64,000 nt of DNA from positions 3,694,117 to 3,758,116 of the forward strand of contig NC_083410.1 in the NCBI RefSeq assembly GCF_020745735.1. Direction: 5' to 3'. The stretch's first letter is position 1. Each line of letters begins with the position of its first letter. The notes beneath the pieces were generated by a model. It did no database searches and had not been told where the DNA came from. It worked only from the letters and a program-made list of their open reading frames with translations. Shown here in pieces: positions 11,945-23,719 of the stretch. Source of the DNA: Hemiscyllium ocellatum. Its lineage: Eukaryota. A program made the translations under genes and the position numbers.

Positions 11945-13864
11945 TAGAACATTACTGAGCAGTACAGACCTTTCGGCCCTTGATGTTGCGCCAACCTTTG
12001 AAACCAATCTGAAGCCCATCTAACCTACACTATTCCATTTCATCCATATGTTTATCCAATGTTAATTTAAATGCCCTTAAAATTAGCAAGTCTACTATTG
12101 TTGCAAGCAGTGCATTCCACACTCCTACTACTCTCTGACTAAAGAAACTACCTCTGATATCTGTCTTATACCTATCACCCCTCAATTTAAGCTATGAACC
12201 CTTGTGATAGCCATCACCATCCGAGGAAAAAGGTTCTCACTGTTCCTGAAGAAGGGTTTATGCCCGAAACGTTGAATCTCCTGTTCCTTGAATGCTGCCT
12301 GACCTGCTGCGCTTTTCCAGCAACACATTTTCAGCTCTGATCTCTAGCATCTGCAGACCTCACTTTCTCCTCTCACTGTCCACCCAATTTAATCTTCTGA
12401 TCATCTTATATGTCTCTATTAAGTCACCTGTCAACCATCTTCTTTCTGATGAAAACAGCCTCAAGTTCCTCAGCTTTTCCTCATAAGACCTATCCTCCAG
12501 AATAGGCAACATCCTAGTAAATCTCATCTGCTACCTTTCCAAATCTTCCATATCCTTCCTAAAATGCAGTGGCCAGAACTATACGCAGTAATCAAAGTTC
12601 AGCGACACCAGAGTTTTGTACAGCTGCAACATGACCTTATGGCTCTGAAACTCAATCCCTCGACCAATAAAGGCTATCACTCCGTATGCCTTCTTAACAA
12701 CCCTTTCAATCTGGGTGTCAACATTCGGAGATCTATGTACATGGACACTGAGAACTCTCTGCTCATCCACGCTGCCAAGAATCTTACTATTAGCACAATA
12801 CTCTTTATTCCTGTTGCTCCTTCCAAAGTGAATCACCTCACATTTTTCCACATAAAACTCCATTTGTTTCAGTGCAGCTCTGCAGCTAATCTATGTCCCT
12901 CTGTAACCTGCAACATACTTTGGCAGTAACTACAAATCCACCAACCTTCTTGTGGTTTAATTAACCCATCTTTCTACGCCATCATCCAGGACATTTATAA
13001 AAATGACAAACAGCAATGGCCCCAAAACAAATCTTTGCAGTAGACCACTAGTAACTGAACTCCAGGATGAACATTTCCCATCAACCACCCTCTGTCATCT
13101 TTCAGCTAACTAATTTCTGAACCAACCATTAAATCACCTTCAATCCCATGCCTCCGTATTTTCTTCAATAGCCTACTATGGGGAATCTTATCAAATGTTT
13201 TACTGAAATCCACATGCATCACATGAACTGCTTTACACTCATCCACCTGTTTGGTTACCATCTGAAAGAACTCACTAGGGTGTGTGAGGCACGACCTACC
13301 CTTCACAAAACCATATTGACTAATCCTAATCAACTTATTCTTCTCTAGATGATCATAAATCCTGTCTCTTATAATCTTTTTCAACACATTATTCACAACC
13401 AAAGTAAGGCTCACTGGTCTATAATTCTCTGGGTTGTCTCTACTCCCCTTCTTGAACAAGGGGACACATTTGTTGTTGTCCAGTCTTCTGGCACTATTTC
13501 TGTAGACAATGACAACATAAAAATCAAAGCCAAAGGCTCTTCAATCTCCTACCTGGCTTCCCAGAGAATCCGCCGATAAATCCCATCCGGACTAGCACTC
13601 GTATCTATTTTAACACTTTCCACAATTGTTGACATCTCCGTCTTGTGAACATCAATTGGGTCTAGCCTGTATCTCTGTATTCTCCCTGACAAAATGCTCT
13701 TTTTCCAGACTGAATACTGACAAAATATATTCATAAAGCACCTCTCCAATCTCCTCAGACTCCATGCATAACTACCCACTAGTATTTTTGATTGGCCCTA
13801 ATATTCTTCTCATCTTTCTTTATTCCTGGTATACCTACAGAAAGCTTTAGGGTTTTCTTTGATC
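11945..13864 (-). mobile_element. CR1 LINE, 3' half (RT); host of the ERV
   Basis: FKKGSRDNPENYRPVSLT, MHVDFSKTFDKIPH, MEFYVEKCEVIHFG. Continues colinearly at 20231 after the ERV. Confidence 0.9.
12244..12370 (+). mobile_element. Solo Penelope pLTR fragment with hammerhead motif, inserted in CR1
   Basis: Begins at tcCTGAAGAagggtttatgcccGAAAcgtt. 9-bp TSD tctcactgt at 12235-12243 and 12371-12379. Confidence 0.8.
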
Positions 13865-14354
13865 TGTTGGGACAGATCCTCTGTCCCCGTGTTCATTTGG
13901 AGGAGAGAGACACCGGGTCGGATTAAAAGTATAAACAGGTTTAATGAGAGAGACTCGTACACAGTACAGTGAGGTGTCTAGCTCACTGGAGAAGGCGTTC
14001 TGACTATTTTTTAAATTTGTCTATCCTTTTGTTCTCTCACATTCCAGAGTTACATCCTTATTTGGTAAAAAGCAGAATTTTCGTATGTGATTGGGTCTCA
14101 CCTGATAACGTTCTATTACCTCAGTTTGAGCTACGTGCATCTAGACACGGCTCTAATGTCCTGTTATCTCTCACCCTCCCTGGGGCCTCTTCAGGCTATG
14201 CCATCAGCTTTTCAGTCTGTTCTTAGTGTAACATAATGGCTTACTGTTGTCTAGTGAAGCTAACAAGTTCCAGACTTGCTAATACTACCTTACGTGAGCA
14301 CTACCTAACAATAAAGTTTCTTACACTACCTAACCTTAATAATGGATCCCAACA
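13865..14354 (-). repeat. ERV 3' LTR
   Basis: 490 bp. I count 4 mismatches to the 5' LTR. ATTAAA poly(A) signal on the minus strand. Confidence 0.95.
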
Positions 14355-14365
14355 CTCCCTCCCTT
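14355..14365 (-). promoter_or_regulatory. Polypurine tract
   Basis: Minus strand AAGGGAGGGAG directly before the 3' LTR. Confidence 0.8.
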
Positions 14366-15658
14366 GGCCTCGAAAGAGGCCACACAAAATACAGCAGTTC
14401 GCGCGCAGCAGTCAGGACCCGGATGGTCGGTGAGCGCCCCTCCGTCGCTCCTTTGCAAGACCGACCAATTAGCTTAACCTGGCTTGTCTGACTCTAGGGA
14501 GACATAGTTATAGGGGATAGGAGTCCCTAAGCAGCATACAACCTCACAAAGCAATCCGCGTCGCAAAAAATCCCTACTCTAGGCGCCTCTCCAGTTCGCA
14601 TACAATCGTTAAGGCACGAGAAGCAGTGAAATAATACATAACAGACATAAGCACTCAAAAGTCGTAAATATCTACAAAAAGCTATCTCAAAACCAACAAA
14701 ACGATTAAAAAAAAACATTCATACTGAGTATGATAACAAAAGCGAAGAGAACCAGAGGAAAACACAAAGTGGATGAGTTAGGGCGCCTGCAGAATGAAGG
14801 TCTGCTGTCCAAAGAACACCCAATTGTACAACCTCCCAGTAAAATCGGTCGTATTATACCATGACATCTTAAAATAAATTTTCAAACTACTGACATAGTG
14901 TCAAATCTTTTTTGTAATAGGATTCAATGAGCTCTCCTTCCTTCCCAAAGGTTTGTTGTTAAGTCGGTTCTGGAAGATGCCACAAAACTGGCATTTTCCT
15001 TTGTCAAAAATACAGTGAATACAATGTCAAACTACTGGGTCCACGATTTTCCTTATATCAAGCTGCTTTGCAAGCCAGAAACTTGACCAGATTCTCGACA
15101 CGGATACAAAAGCCAGGCATCTGTTAAAACCACATGACCACAGGCCATTATTCTGAAGGTCAATGCACGACTGTGCCTGTCTTAGGTTGTCCCTCGCTCA
15201 AGGAATCTTACCCGTCATTGGCTAACCAGTCACCTTCACTTGACCAATGAAAACCCACATCCATTTTACAGCTGTCAAGTACGGACACGGGCAGTGGTAA
15301 CTGGCTTATCATTGTGAACAGTGGCCGTCGAGACCAATCGAAGCCATTTAGGAATACCAGATGATGGCTAGGAATCTCTTGAGTGAACAATAGTCTCTTG
15401 AGTCTCGAGGCATATAGCACTTCACAATCTCTAACTGCAGCATAAAAGCACAAATTTACCTGTTGTCAATTTGAACGGGAAAGAAAAAAAATACACAACT
15501 AGGGGGTCTCTGCACCTCAGCCCTCACATTCTGAGGCCCGAAATGGGAAGGATTAGAAATGAGAGATACAGTTATAAAGTAAAATCATAAGTTGTCCCGC
15601 GCTTCTCTCTCAGGCATATCTCCTCCATTCCCTCTGATACCGATCCCGTAATCTTTCC

Positions 15659-15935
15659 TTAGGGTGCCCCCATCACAGGCTCCTCCAGCACCGCTGCCTG
15701 GTATGCGGGTGGGGGGTCATCCTTTCCCGTCAGGGCATGGTCGATCGTTCGTGTCACAAGCGTCCTGATACATGGTATACAACAACAACCACAGGTAATA
15801 AAGATAGCAACAGAGATGCATAAACCAAGGGCCAGCTGTCCCAGCACAGTTCCCCATCTACCGAATGTGCTATTCAGCCAATCTATGACTGGGTTTTTTA
15901 ACCCCTGACTGCTCAGAAATTGTTGTTGTTCCCCT
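15659..15935 (-). pseudogene. env: env C-terminal remnant (membrane anchor and tail)
   Basis: TISEQSGV(fs)NPVIDWLNSTFGRWGTVLGQLALGLCISVAIFITCGCCCIPCIRTLVTRTIDHAL: hydrophobic span followed by a Cys cluster typical of class I TM subunits. Confidence 0.8.
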
Positions 15936-15984
15936 CCCTGTCGTTATCAAAATCATAAGCAGAATGGCTCTTTCTTCCCTTTAT

Positions 15985-16570
15985 AGATCAGGACACTCCC
16001 GCCCAAAATGCCCTATCTTTCCACAATAATGGCATCCTGCCTGTGGAAACCTTCGTCTCTGCCCCTGTCGCTCAAACTCTCTATTAAATGCTCCTCCATG
16101 TCTCTCCCTACTCCCTTTCTTCTCTGCCCTACATGCTATCACTCGCTGTTCCGGTTGCTCACTTTTGGTTGCATTCTTCTCCTAATTACCTCATCAACCG
16201 CAGCTACCATCATTTACGCATTCTGCTCCTGTCACTCGTCCTTTCTCTCTTTACAAACACTTTCTGTGCCCCTCCTAACAATTCATTTAATGGATTTATC
16301 CCACTTCACCCTTCTATCTTCCGTATCTTTCCCTATCCAGCATCCCCATATAAGTCTCCTTTCTCCCGCAGTAAATAGTATATTCAAAATAGACATTAAC
16401 TCAGCCCACAAATACAGACTGGGCCTCAAAAATAAATTAATTAGTTCTGACAATCCTACCAGATTCTCAACCAGGACCGTCATTTCCTTTTAAATGTTCC
16501 GACCTCCCCACTGGTGAGGGGGTCACACACAAACCCGATCTCCTTGTCCCCTATCAACACTTCCCGAAGG
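15985..16570 (-). pseudogene. gag: gag remnant (capsid N-part plus CCHC zinc knuckle)
   Basis: FVCDPLTSGEVGTFKR(fs)MTVLVENLVGLSELINLFLRPSLYLWAELMSILNILFTAGERRLI, plus CHYCGKIGHFGREC (Cx2Cx4Hx4C) at 15993-16034. Confidence 0.85.
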
Positions 16571-17130
16571 GGTCAAGTCGTTATGTTCTTCTCTGTTTCT
16601 TTCTTTTAAGAAATTTTCCAATGTTCCTATCTTCCCATATGCTCAAACACCAATTTATCAATTCATGCTTGACTAACTTTAAGGCCTGTTCCTAACTTGT
16701 AAACATATTTATATATTTACGTCCATTTATTCAGTGTTTAATATTTAAAATGTAAAATGCATACAGTTCCCAATTTTGAAATCCACTGTAATCGTCCAGA
16801 TTTAGTACCCTAATTTAGATCCAAAATTAGTTTTCTTATGTACTCCTGACCAATCATTTCTCAATTACAATACTTTAGGTCGTAAAAATAATCAGAGCTG
16901 TCTTACAACAATTTGTCAATTCAAGTTAAAAACTTCTAACGCATGCACAATGGTCAAATCCAAGGTCACAGATAATAACCATGGAAACTTTCGTTTTTAC
17001 AACTACCCACTGTCGAACGAAACTTCGACTGTCCTTCATATATTGCTTTTATGTAAAAATTAAAGAGGTTAGTAAGAAAAGTAGTTAGGGAGTCATGACT
17101 CATAAAAGAACAGAAGTTATTAGCCTTAAA

Positions 17131-17350
17131 AAATCATGTTAAGTTCACATAAAAAGAAATCACTTTAAACAGCAGTCCCGGAGCTCAAGGTCTAGAAACA
17201 AAAAACAAGAATTCAATCACCAAACAAACAGATGCATCTAAATCATGTTAAGTTAACATAAAACGAAATCACTTTAAACAGCAGTCCTGGAACTCAAGCT
17301 CTAGAAACAAAACTTACTCATTCAATCACCAACAAACAAATGTGCATTCA
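17131..17350. repeat. About 109-bp tandem duplication in ERV leader; third diverged copy at about 18575-18685
   Basis: Unit aaatcatgttaagtt.acataaaa.gaaatcactttaaacagcagtcc.gg..ctcaag.tctagaaac...attcaatcac. Confidence 0.8.
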
Positions 17351-19069
17351 AACCAAATCACAAAGGGTTAAATGTTTTGCTAGCTATACACGCGCTCTCT
17401 CTCTTTTTGCACAGTCCTTTGTGAATCTCCTTACCCCTAACCCTTATTCCTCGCAATCCTTCTATCTATCGTTCTCTCTTGCTTCCTCTTCCTTTTTTTT
17501 CTCTTTCACCTTCCATTTCTCTTTATCCATCTCTGTTTGTTCTGAAACTTGAGCTTGTTATTTTGGTTAAGAAAAAAAATAAGAACTCTGTCTGCTACTG
17601 GACCCTAAACCTACTGTCAATATAATACTGGGTCCAGGGCGCTACATATTTTGGCTCTTTATCGTTTTAATTATAAAAATATCCCAGTGCCATTTATACA
17701 ACAAAACAAACTTATGACGCCATTTTGACTTCAGAACGCCACTTGAAAGTCTGATACTTGAAGTTTTTTAACCAATGACTTTGGGCGGACTAACATCCCT
17801 TTATATTACATTCTTAAAAGAAATGCCTACCATCTTCAATCCTAACTACTTCCACAGCATTAAGAACTGATTTCTAGAACAGAAACCATGCAATCGTCCA
17901 TTCCGTAAACAAGGACAATCTCTTAAACCAAGACTCTACCATTCACAAAACAACTAAGTGAGTCACAAAACTAAAACGGCCCACACACTCTAAACCCCGC
18001 AGACCAGCAATGGCAATCACAATCCAAACACAATAAAAGAATATATATATATATCCATTGTTTTCATCATACGCGACAAACACAGCACGAACAAATCACC
18101 AATGTACACTTTCCTGAGACAACAAACAAGTCACAAGCAACAGTTCTCCCCTCCACCAAGGCAAACAGGCCACCTGGTGACAATGGAAAACAGATCAACC
18201 CGCAACAAAACCCGGAATTGTAGCTCTTTCCAAACAAGGCAAAGGAGCAAGTCCCTTAACACTTGTCTCCCCAATGAAGACACCTCCCCGGCAGGCCCCC
18301 CCCCGCCGTTCCTGATGTTGTCTGCAGCTCGCAAATCTAGTCATGTTGAACAAAGAGCGGAGCCTGCGTGTTTGTCTGTTTCTCTCTCTCTCTCTTACTC
18401 TCTCTGCCGGTCTTACTGCAAGCTGCTGTTAAAAATAAACTTTAGTTGTCCTCCTTATACTGCTTCTATGCAAAGATAAAAGGGACCATCCAGAAACAGG
18501 GTTCAACACTATCATTTTCTAACTACTCTTATCCATCCCCACTCAATCTCAATAAAATCCCCAACCTGAAAAAAAAATCATGTTAAGCATCCATAAAAAT
18601 CACATTAAAAAAAAACCAGAGACTCAAGCTCTCGGTGATAACACTCAAACATTCAATCACTAACAAACAGATGAATTCAAGCCAGAGCACAAAGTGTTAA
18701 ACTGCCTGTTAGTTGAGAAGCTTTCAGCCAGTCTCTCTCTTTTACACAGACACACCGCTGACGCACGCAGCAATAGCTTTCTCTCTCTCTTTGGGCAACA
18801 ATACAGACCTCTTTTTTTACAGACTCACACACAGATTTCCACACACAGAAACGCTCTTTCTCACACAGACCTCTACAAACACAGAAATACTTATACACAC
18901 ACAGATTTTTACACACCCAGAGACTCTATCTTTCTCATAAACAGACTCCCTCTCACACACACACAGTTGCTCTGTCCGTAACTCTGTGTCTGTCTCTGTC
19001 CCCTGTCCTTGTCTCTCTCTCCTTCGACTCCTGTCAAAGTCTGTTCCAGTCAACACTGTCCTCTGGTCA

Positions 19070-19395
19070 GGGGAAGCATACGCTTTACCCAGATTCGTCA
19101 GCGCGGGGGGAAGTATATGCTTTACCCAGATTCGTCTGCGCGGGGAGAAGCATACGCTTTACCCAGATTAGTCAACGCGGGGGGAAGCATACGCTTTACC
19201 CAGATTCGTCTGCACGGGGGGAAGCATACGCTTTACCCAGATTCTAAAACGCGGGGGGAAGCATACGCTTTACCCAGATTCGTCTGCGCAAGGGGAAGCA
19301 TACGCTTCACCCAAACTCGTCAGCACAGGGGAAGTATCCACTTTACCCCAACCCAGTCCAAAACACAGGGGAAATATCCGCTTTACCCCAAAACT
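19070..19395. repeat. Nine-copy about 37-bp tandem array in ERV leader
   Basis: Unit ggggaagcatacgctttacccagattcgtctgcgcgg; copies start at 19070, 19107, 19142, 19181, 19218, 19255, 19292, 19328 and 19368. Confidence 0.92.
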
Positions 19396-19720
19396 ATCTC
19401 TTCACCAAAAACTTCGCAGCGCTGCATCCAAAAATGACTCACCACTCTTGATCACCGGTTCACTCATCTCTAGGACTTTCAATCCTGGACCCAGAGACTT
19501 TCGTTACTATAAAACAAAACGGTCCGATTCTCTCTCGGGCTGACAAGCCCAGAATTTCGGTTGGCAAAGAGTTGTGAGACGCCAAACAAAATAAGAATTT
19601 AGTGTATTCAAACCCCTACTGGAGATCTTTCCTTTAAAGGGCGTCTCCGAGCCCGATTTGGAGTGGCCGGCCGTCCGGCGAGCTCTCAATCCCTGCCAAC
19701 AGGCGTGTCTCTACTCGTGG

Positions 19721-19738
19721 GTCCCATCTGGGTCGCCA
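19721..19738 (-). promoter_or_regulatory. Primer binding site, tRNA-Arg (CCG-type)
   Basis: Minus strand TGGCGACCCAGATGGGAC, 2 nt after the 5' LTR. Complementary to the 3' end ...GTCCCATCTGGGTCGCCA that I recall for vertebrate tRNA-Arg(CCG). Confidence 0.8.
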
Positions 19739-19740
19739 GC

Positions 19741-20230
19741 TGTTGGGACAGATCCTCTGTCCCCGTGTTCGTTTGGAGGAGAGAGACACCAGGTCTGATT
19801 AAAAGTATAAACAGGTTTAATGAGAGAGAATCGTACACAGTACAGTGAGGTGTCTAGCTCACTGGAGAAGGCGTTCTGACTATTTTTTAAATTTGTCTAT
19901 CCTTTTGTTCTCTCACATTCCAGAGTTACATCCTTATTTGGTAAAAAGCAGAATTTTCGTATGTGATTGGGTCTCACCTGATAACGTTCTATTACCTCAG
20001 TTTGAGCTACGTGCATCTAGACACGGCTCTAATGTCCTGTTATCTCTCACCCTCCCTGGGGCCTCTTCAGGCTATGCCATCAGCTTTTCAGTCTGTTCTT
20101 AGTGTAACATAATGGCTTACTGTTGTCTAGTGAAGCTAACAAGTTCCAGACTTGCTAATACTACCTTACGTGAGCACTACCTAACAATAAAGTTTCTTAC
20201 ACTACCTAACCTTAATAATGGATCCCAACA
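19741..20230 (-). repeat. ERV 5' LTR
   Basis: Direct repeat of 13865-14354, adjacent to the PBS. Confidence 0.95.
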
Positions 20231-22290
20231 GATTCTACCTGCCAAAGACTTCTCCTGTCCCCTCCTGGCTCTTCTTAGCTCTCTCCTTAGTCCTTCCTGG
20301 CTAACTTGCAACTCTCAAGCCCCTTAACTGAGCCTTCAGCTCCTATCATTAGATAAACCTTCTTCTTCCTCTTCACAAGAGATTCAACTTCTTTGGTAAA
20401 CTACAGCTCCCTCACTCTACAACTTCCTCCCTGTCTGACAGGAATGTACTTATCAAGGATCCGCAGTAACTATTTAATTGTTCCCATCCCCTGCAGTTCC
20501 CTTCCCTAAGTCTTGTGTAATTGCATCATAATTGCCTTTCTCTCAGCTATAATTCTTACCCTGCAGTATATATTAATTCCTTTCCATCGCTAAAATAAAC
20601 ATAAGTGAATTGTGGTCACTATCACCAAAGTGCTAACTGATCTCCAAATCTAACATCTGGCCTGGTTCATTACCCAGCACCAAATCCAATGCAGCCTCGC
20701 CTCTTATTGGCCCAGCTACATACAGCGTCAAGAAACCCCCTTGCACAAATTGGACATAAATTGATCCAACTAAAGTAGCTAAGCTACAGCATTTCCAGTC
20801 AATATTTGGAAAGTTAAAGCCCCCCATAACAACTACCCTGTGACCCTTGAATTTATCAAAAATCATCTTTGTTATCTTTTCCTCTACATCTCTGGAACTT
20901 TTTAGAGGCCTATAGAAAACTCACAAAGTGTGACCTCTCCTCTCTTGTTTCTTACCTCAGCCCATACTACCTCAGTAGATGAGTTCTCAAATGCTCTTAC
21001 TGCCATCATAATACTGTCTTTGACAAACAATGACACACCTCCCACTCTTGTACCATCTTCCCTGTTCTTACTGAAACATCTAAACCCCAGAACCTGCAGC
21101 ATCCATTCCTCCTTCTGCCCTAACCATGTTTCCGAAATGGCCACACCATCGAAGTCTCAGGTACCAACCCATGCTGCAAGTTCACCCACCTTATTCTGGA
21201 TGGCGTTGAAGTAGACACACTTCAAACCAACTTCCTGTCTGCCAGTTCTCTCTTGCAACCTTGAAACCTTATTTATGACCTCACTACTCTCAATGTCCTG
21301 ACACTGGATCTACAATTCAGGTTCCCATCCCTCTGCTGAATTAGTTTAAATCCTCCTGAAGAGCAATAGGAAATCTCACCCTGCAGGATATTAGTAAATT
21401 TCTGGTTCAGGTGAAGACCACCCTATTTGTAGAGATCCCAAATACACAAAAATGAGCTCAAATTATCCAGGCATCTGAAACCTCCTCTCCTGCACCATTC
21501 CTGCAGCCCACGTGTTCAACTCCTGTCTCTCCCTATTCCTCACCTCAATAGCACATGGCATGGGTAATGAACCAGAGATTAAAAACTCTGTTCAAGCACT
21601 AAGCTTCCATCTGAGATCCCTGAATTTCTGCTTGAAATCTTCATCCTTTTACCTTTCTATGTTGTTGCTGCCGATGTGGACCACAACTTGCGGCTGCTCC
21701 CCCGCCCCCTCAAGGATCTCAAAAACATGATCCAAGATGTCATTAACCCTGGCACCTTGGGAGGCAACACACCAATCATGAATCTCTCGTTCCCACAGAA
21801 CCTCCTATCTGACCCCTAACTATGGAGTTCCCAATTACTAAGGCTCTGCTCCTGTCCTCACTTCCTATACCCTTCTGAGCAACAGGGACAGACTCTGCGC
21901 CAGACGCCTCTATCAGCTGGTATGTCATCACCCCTAATAGTATCCAAGATGGCATGTTTGTTATTGAGGGGAGTCAGCCACAGTGGATCCCTGCACAGCC
22001 TGCTGTTTCCCTTTCTGTCCCCTGACTGTAACCCATCTGCCTTTTTCTTTCACCTGAGGTGTGACTACCTCTCTGTAACTCCTCTCAATAACCCCCTCCA
22101 CATCCTGAATGATCTAAAGTGCATCCAGCTCCAGCTCCAGTTCCCTAATGTGGTTTCTGAGGAGCTGGAGTTGCGTGCACTTCCCACAGATAAAGTCAGT
22201 GGGAGTGCTGGTGGTGAACCTTACCTCCCACATTCTGCAGGAGGAGCATTCAACTGCCCTAACTTCTATTTCCACTATTCTTAATTCCCA
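20231..22290 (-). mobile_element. CR1 LINE, 5' half (ORF1 zinc finger, endonuclease)
   Basis: ORF1 VECSSCRMWEV..FICGKCTQLQLL at about 22270-22140; endonuclease AISETWL..GGV and VVVMGGFNFPNIDW. Confidence 0.85.
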
Positions 22291-22399
22291 AAGAGACTTT
22301 TGATTAAATATAAGCTAGTAACCTTACCAATCCGGTGCACAGAACATTTTTCGCTTTGGTTCAAGGGGGAGGATGTATGGGAGACACTACCTGAGTAGC

Positions 22400-23350
22400 A
22401 TTTAGAACATAGAACATAGAACGATACAGCACAGAACAGGCCCTTTGGCCCTCGATGTTGCATTGACCTGTGAACTATTCTCAGCTCATTCCTGTACACT
22501 ATCCCATCATCATCCATGTGCTTATCCAAGGATTGTTTAAATCTCCCTAATGTGGTAAAGTTAACTACATCGGCAAGTAGGGCATTCCACACCCTTAGCT
22601 CTCTCTGAGTAAAGAACCTGCCTCTGACATCTGTCTTAAATCCTTCAACTTGTAGTTATGTCCCTCGTACAAGCTGATGTCATAATCCTAGGAAAAAGAC
22701 TTTCACTGTCTACCCTATCTAATCCTTTGATTGTCTTATATGTCTCTATCAAATCCCTTCTTAGCCTTCTTCTTTCCAAGGAGAACAGACCCAAATCTCT
22801 CAGCCTTTCCTCATAAGAGCTTCCCTCCAGATTAGGCAACATCCTGGTAAATCTCCTATGCACCTTTTCCAATGCTTCCACATCCTTCCCGAAACATAGC
22901 GACCAAAACTCTACACAATATTCCAAGTGCGGCCTCACTAGTGTTTTGTATAGTTGCAGCATGATATTGCGGCTCCAGAACTCAATCCCTCTCCCAATGA
23001 AACCTAACACACTGTATCCCTTCTTAACAGCGCAGTCAACCTGGGTGGCAACTTTCAGAGATCTATGTACATGGACTCCAAGATCCCTCTGCACATCCAC
23101 ACTACCAATATTTTTTTCCATTTGCCTCGTATTCTGTTTTTCAGTCATTCTTCCCAAAGTGAATCACCTCACATTTAGCTGCATTGAACTCCATTTGCCA
23201 CCTCTCAACCCAATTCTGCAGTTTATTAAAGTCCCCATGCAACCTATAACATTCTTCCAAACTGTCCACTACTCCATCAACTTTAGTGTCATGGCAAATT
23301 TACTATTTCATCTACCTATGCCTGTGTCTAACTCATTTATAAAAATGACA
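22400..23350 (-). mobile_element. CR1 3' fragment
   Basis: LQLYKTLVRPHLEYCVEFWS..LERRRLRRDLIETYK; atagaac tail repeats. Confidence 0.88.
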
Positions 23351-23719
23351 AACAGCTGTGCTCTCAAACCATGTTCTTTTGGCATTTCAGTGAAAGCAAC
23401 CACCCAAATATATTACCTAAATTATTCAGCAATCCCGTGTCCACTCCTGCGCAGCATGTGCTCCACCAACACATGAAGTAAGTTTTTATAATTTAAATTT
23501 ACCTTCCCAGCAGCCCCTGGTCCTCACTGTCACTGCAACTACTGTTGCTCATAATGGGAATAACCAGGGCGGGTATGAGGAATGGGTTAGCTCGAGACAA
23601 GGACATCAGAGGTAGAGATATGAGTGGCGCTGAGCAGACCAGGAGCTGCAGAGGGTTCTGGGAAATGATGGCCTAGAGACTCAATGGATGAAAGCTTGGA
23701 ATTTCCCATTAAAACTTCA

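Larger units (their letters stand above)
13865..20230 (-). mobile_element. Class I (gamma/epsilon-like, HERV-I-related gag) endogenous retrovirus, internally deleted
   Basis: Two 490-bp LTRs with TGTTGGGA...TCCCAACA termini, PBS, PPT, and gag and env remnants. 4-bp TSD gatc/gatt (one mismatch). No pol motifs found. Confidence 0.93.

Noticed and set aside
13969-14433. Duplicated 85-aa and 65-aa ORFs (again at 19845-20327)
   Set aside because: Antisense frames within the two LTR copies.
16008-16493. 161-aa and 96-aa Leu/Ser-rich plus-strand ORFs
   Set aside because: Antisense shadows of purine-rich gag.
19009-19437. 142-aa repetitive ORF, or a CRISPR-like array
   Set aside because: Antisense to the ERV and simply cycles through the frames of a 37-bp tandem repeat. 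There are no unique spacers or cas genes, and the DNA is eukaryotic.
23503-23552. Minus-strand first-exon candidate MSNSSCSDSEDQGLLG with AG|GTAAAT donor
   Set aside because: Not hydrophobic, ends in phase 2 whereas the V exons need phase 1, and has no supporting partner exon.
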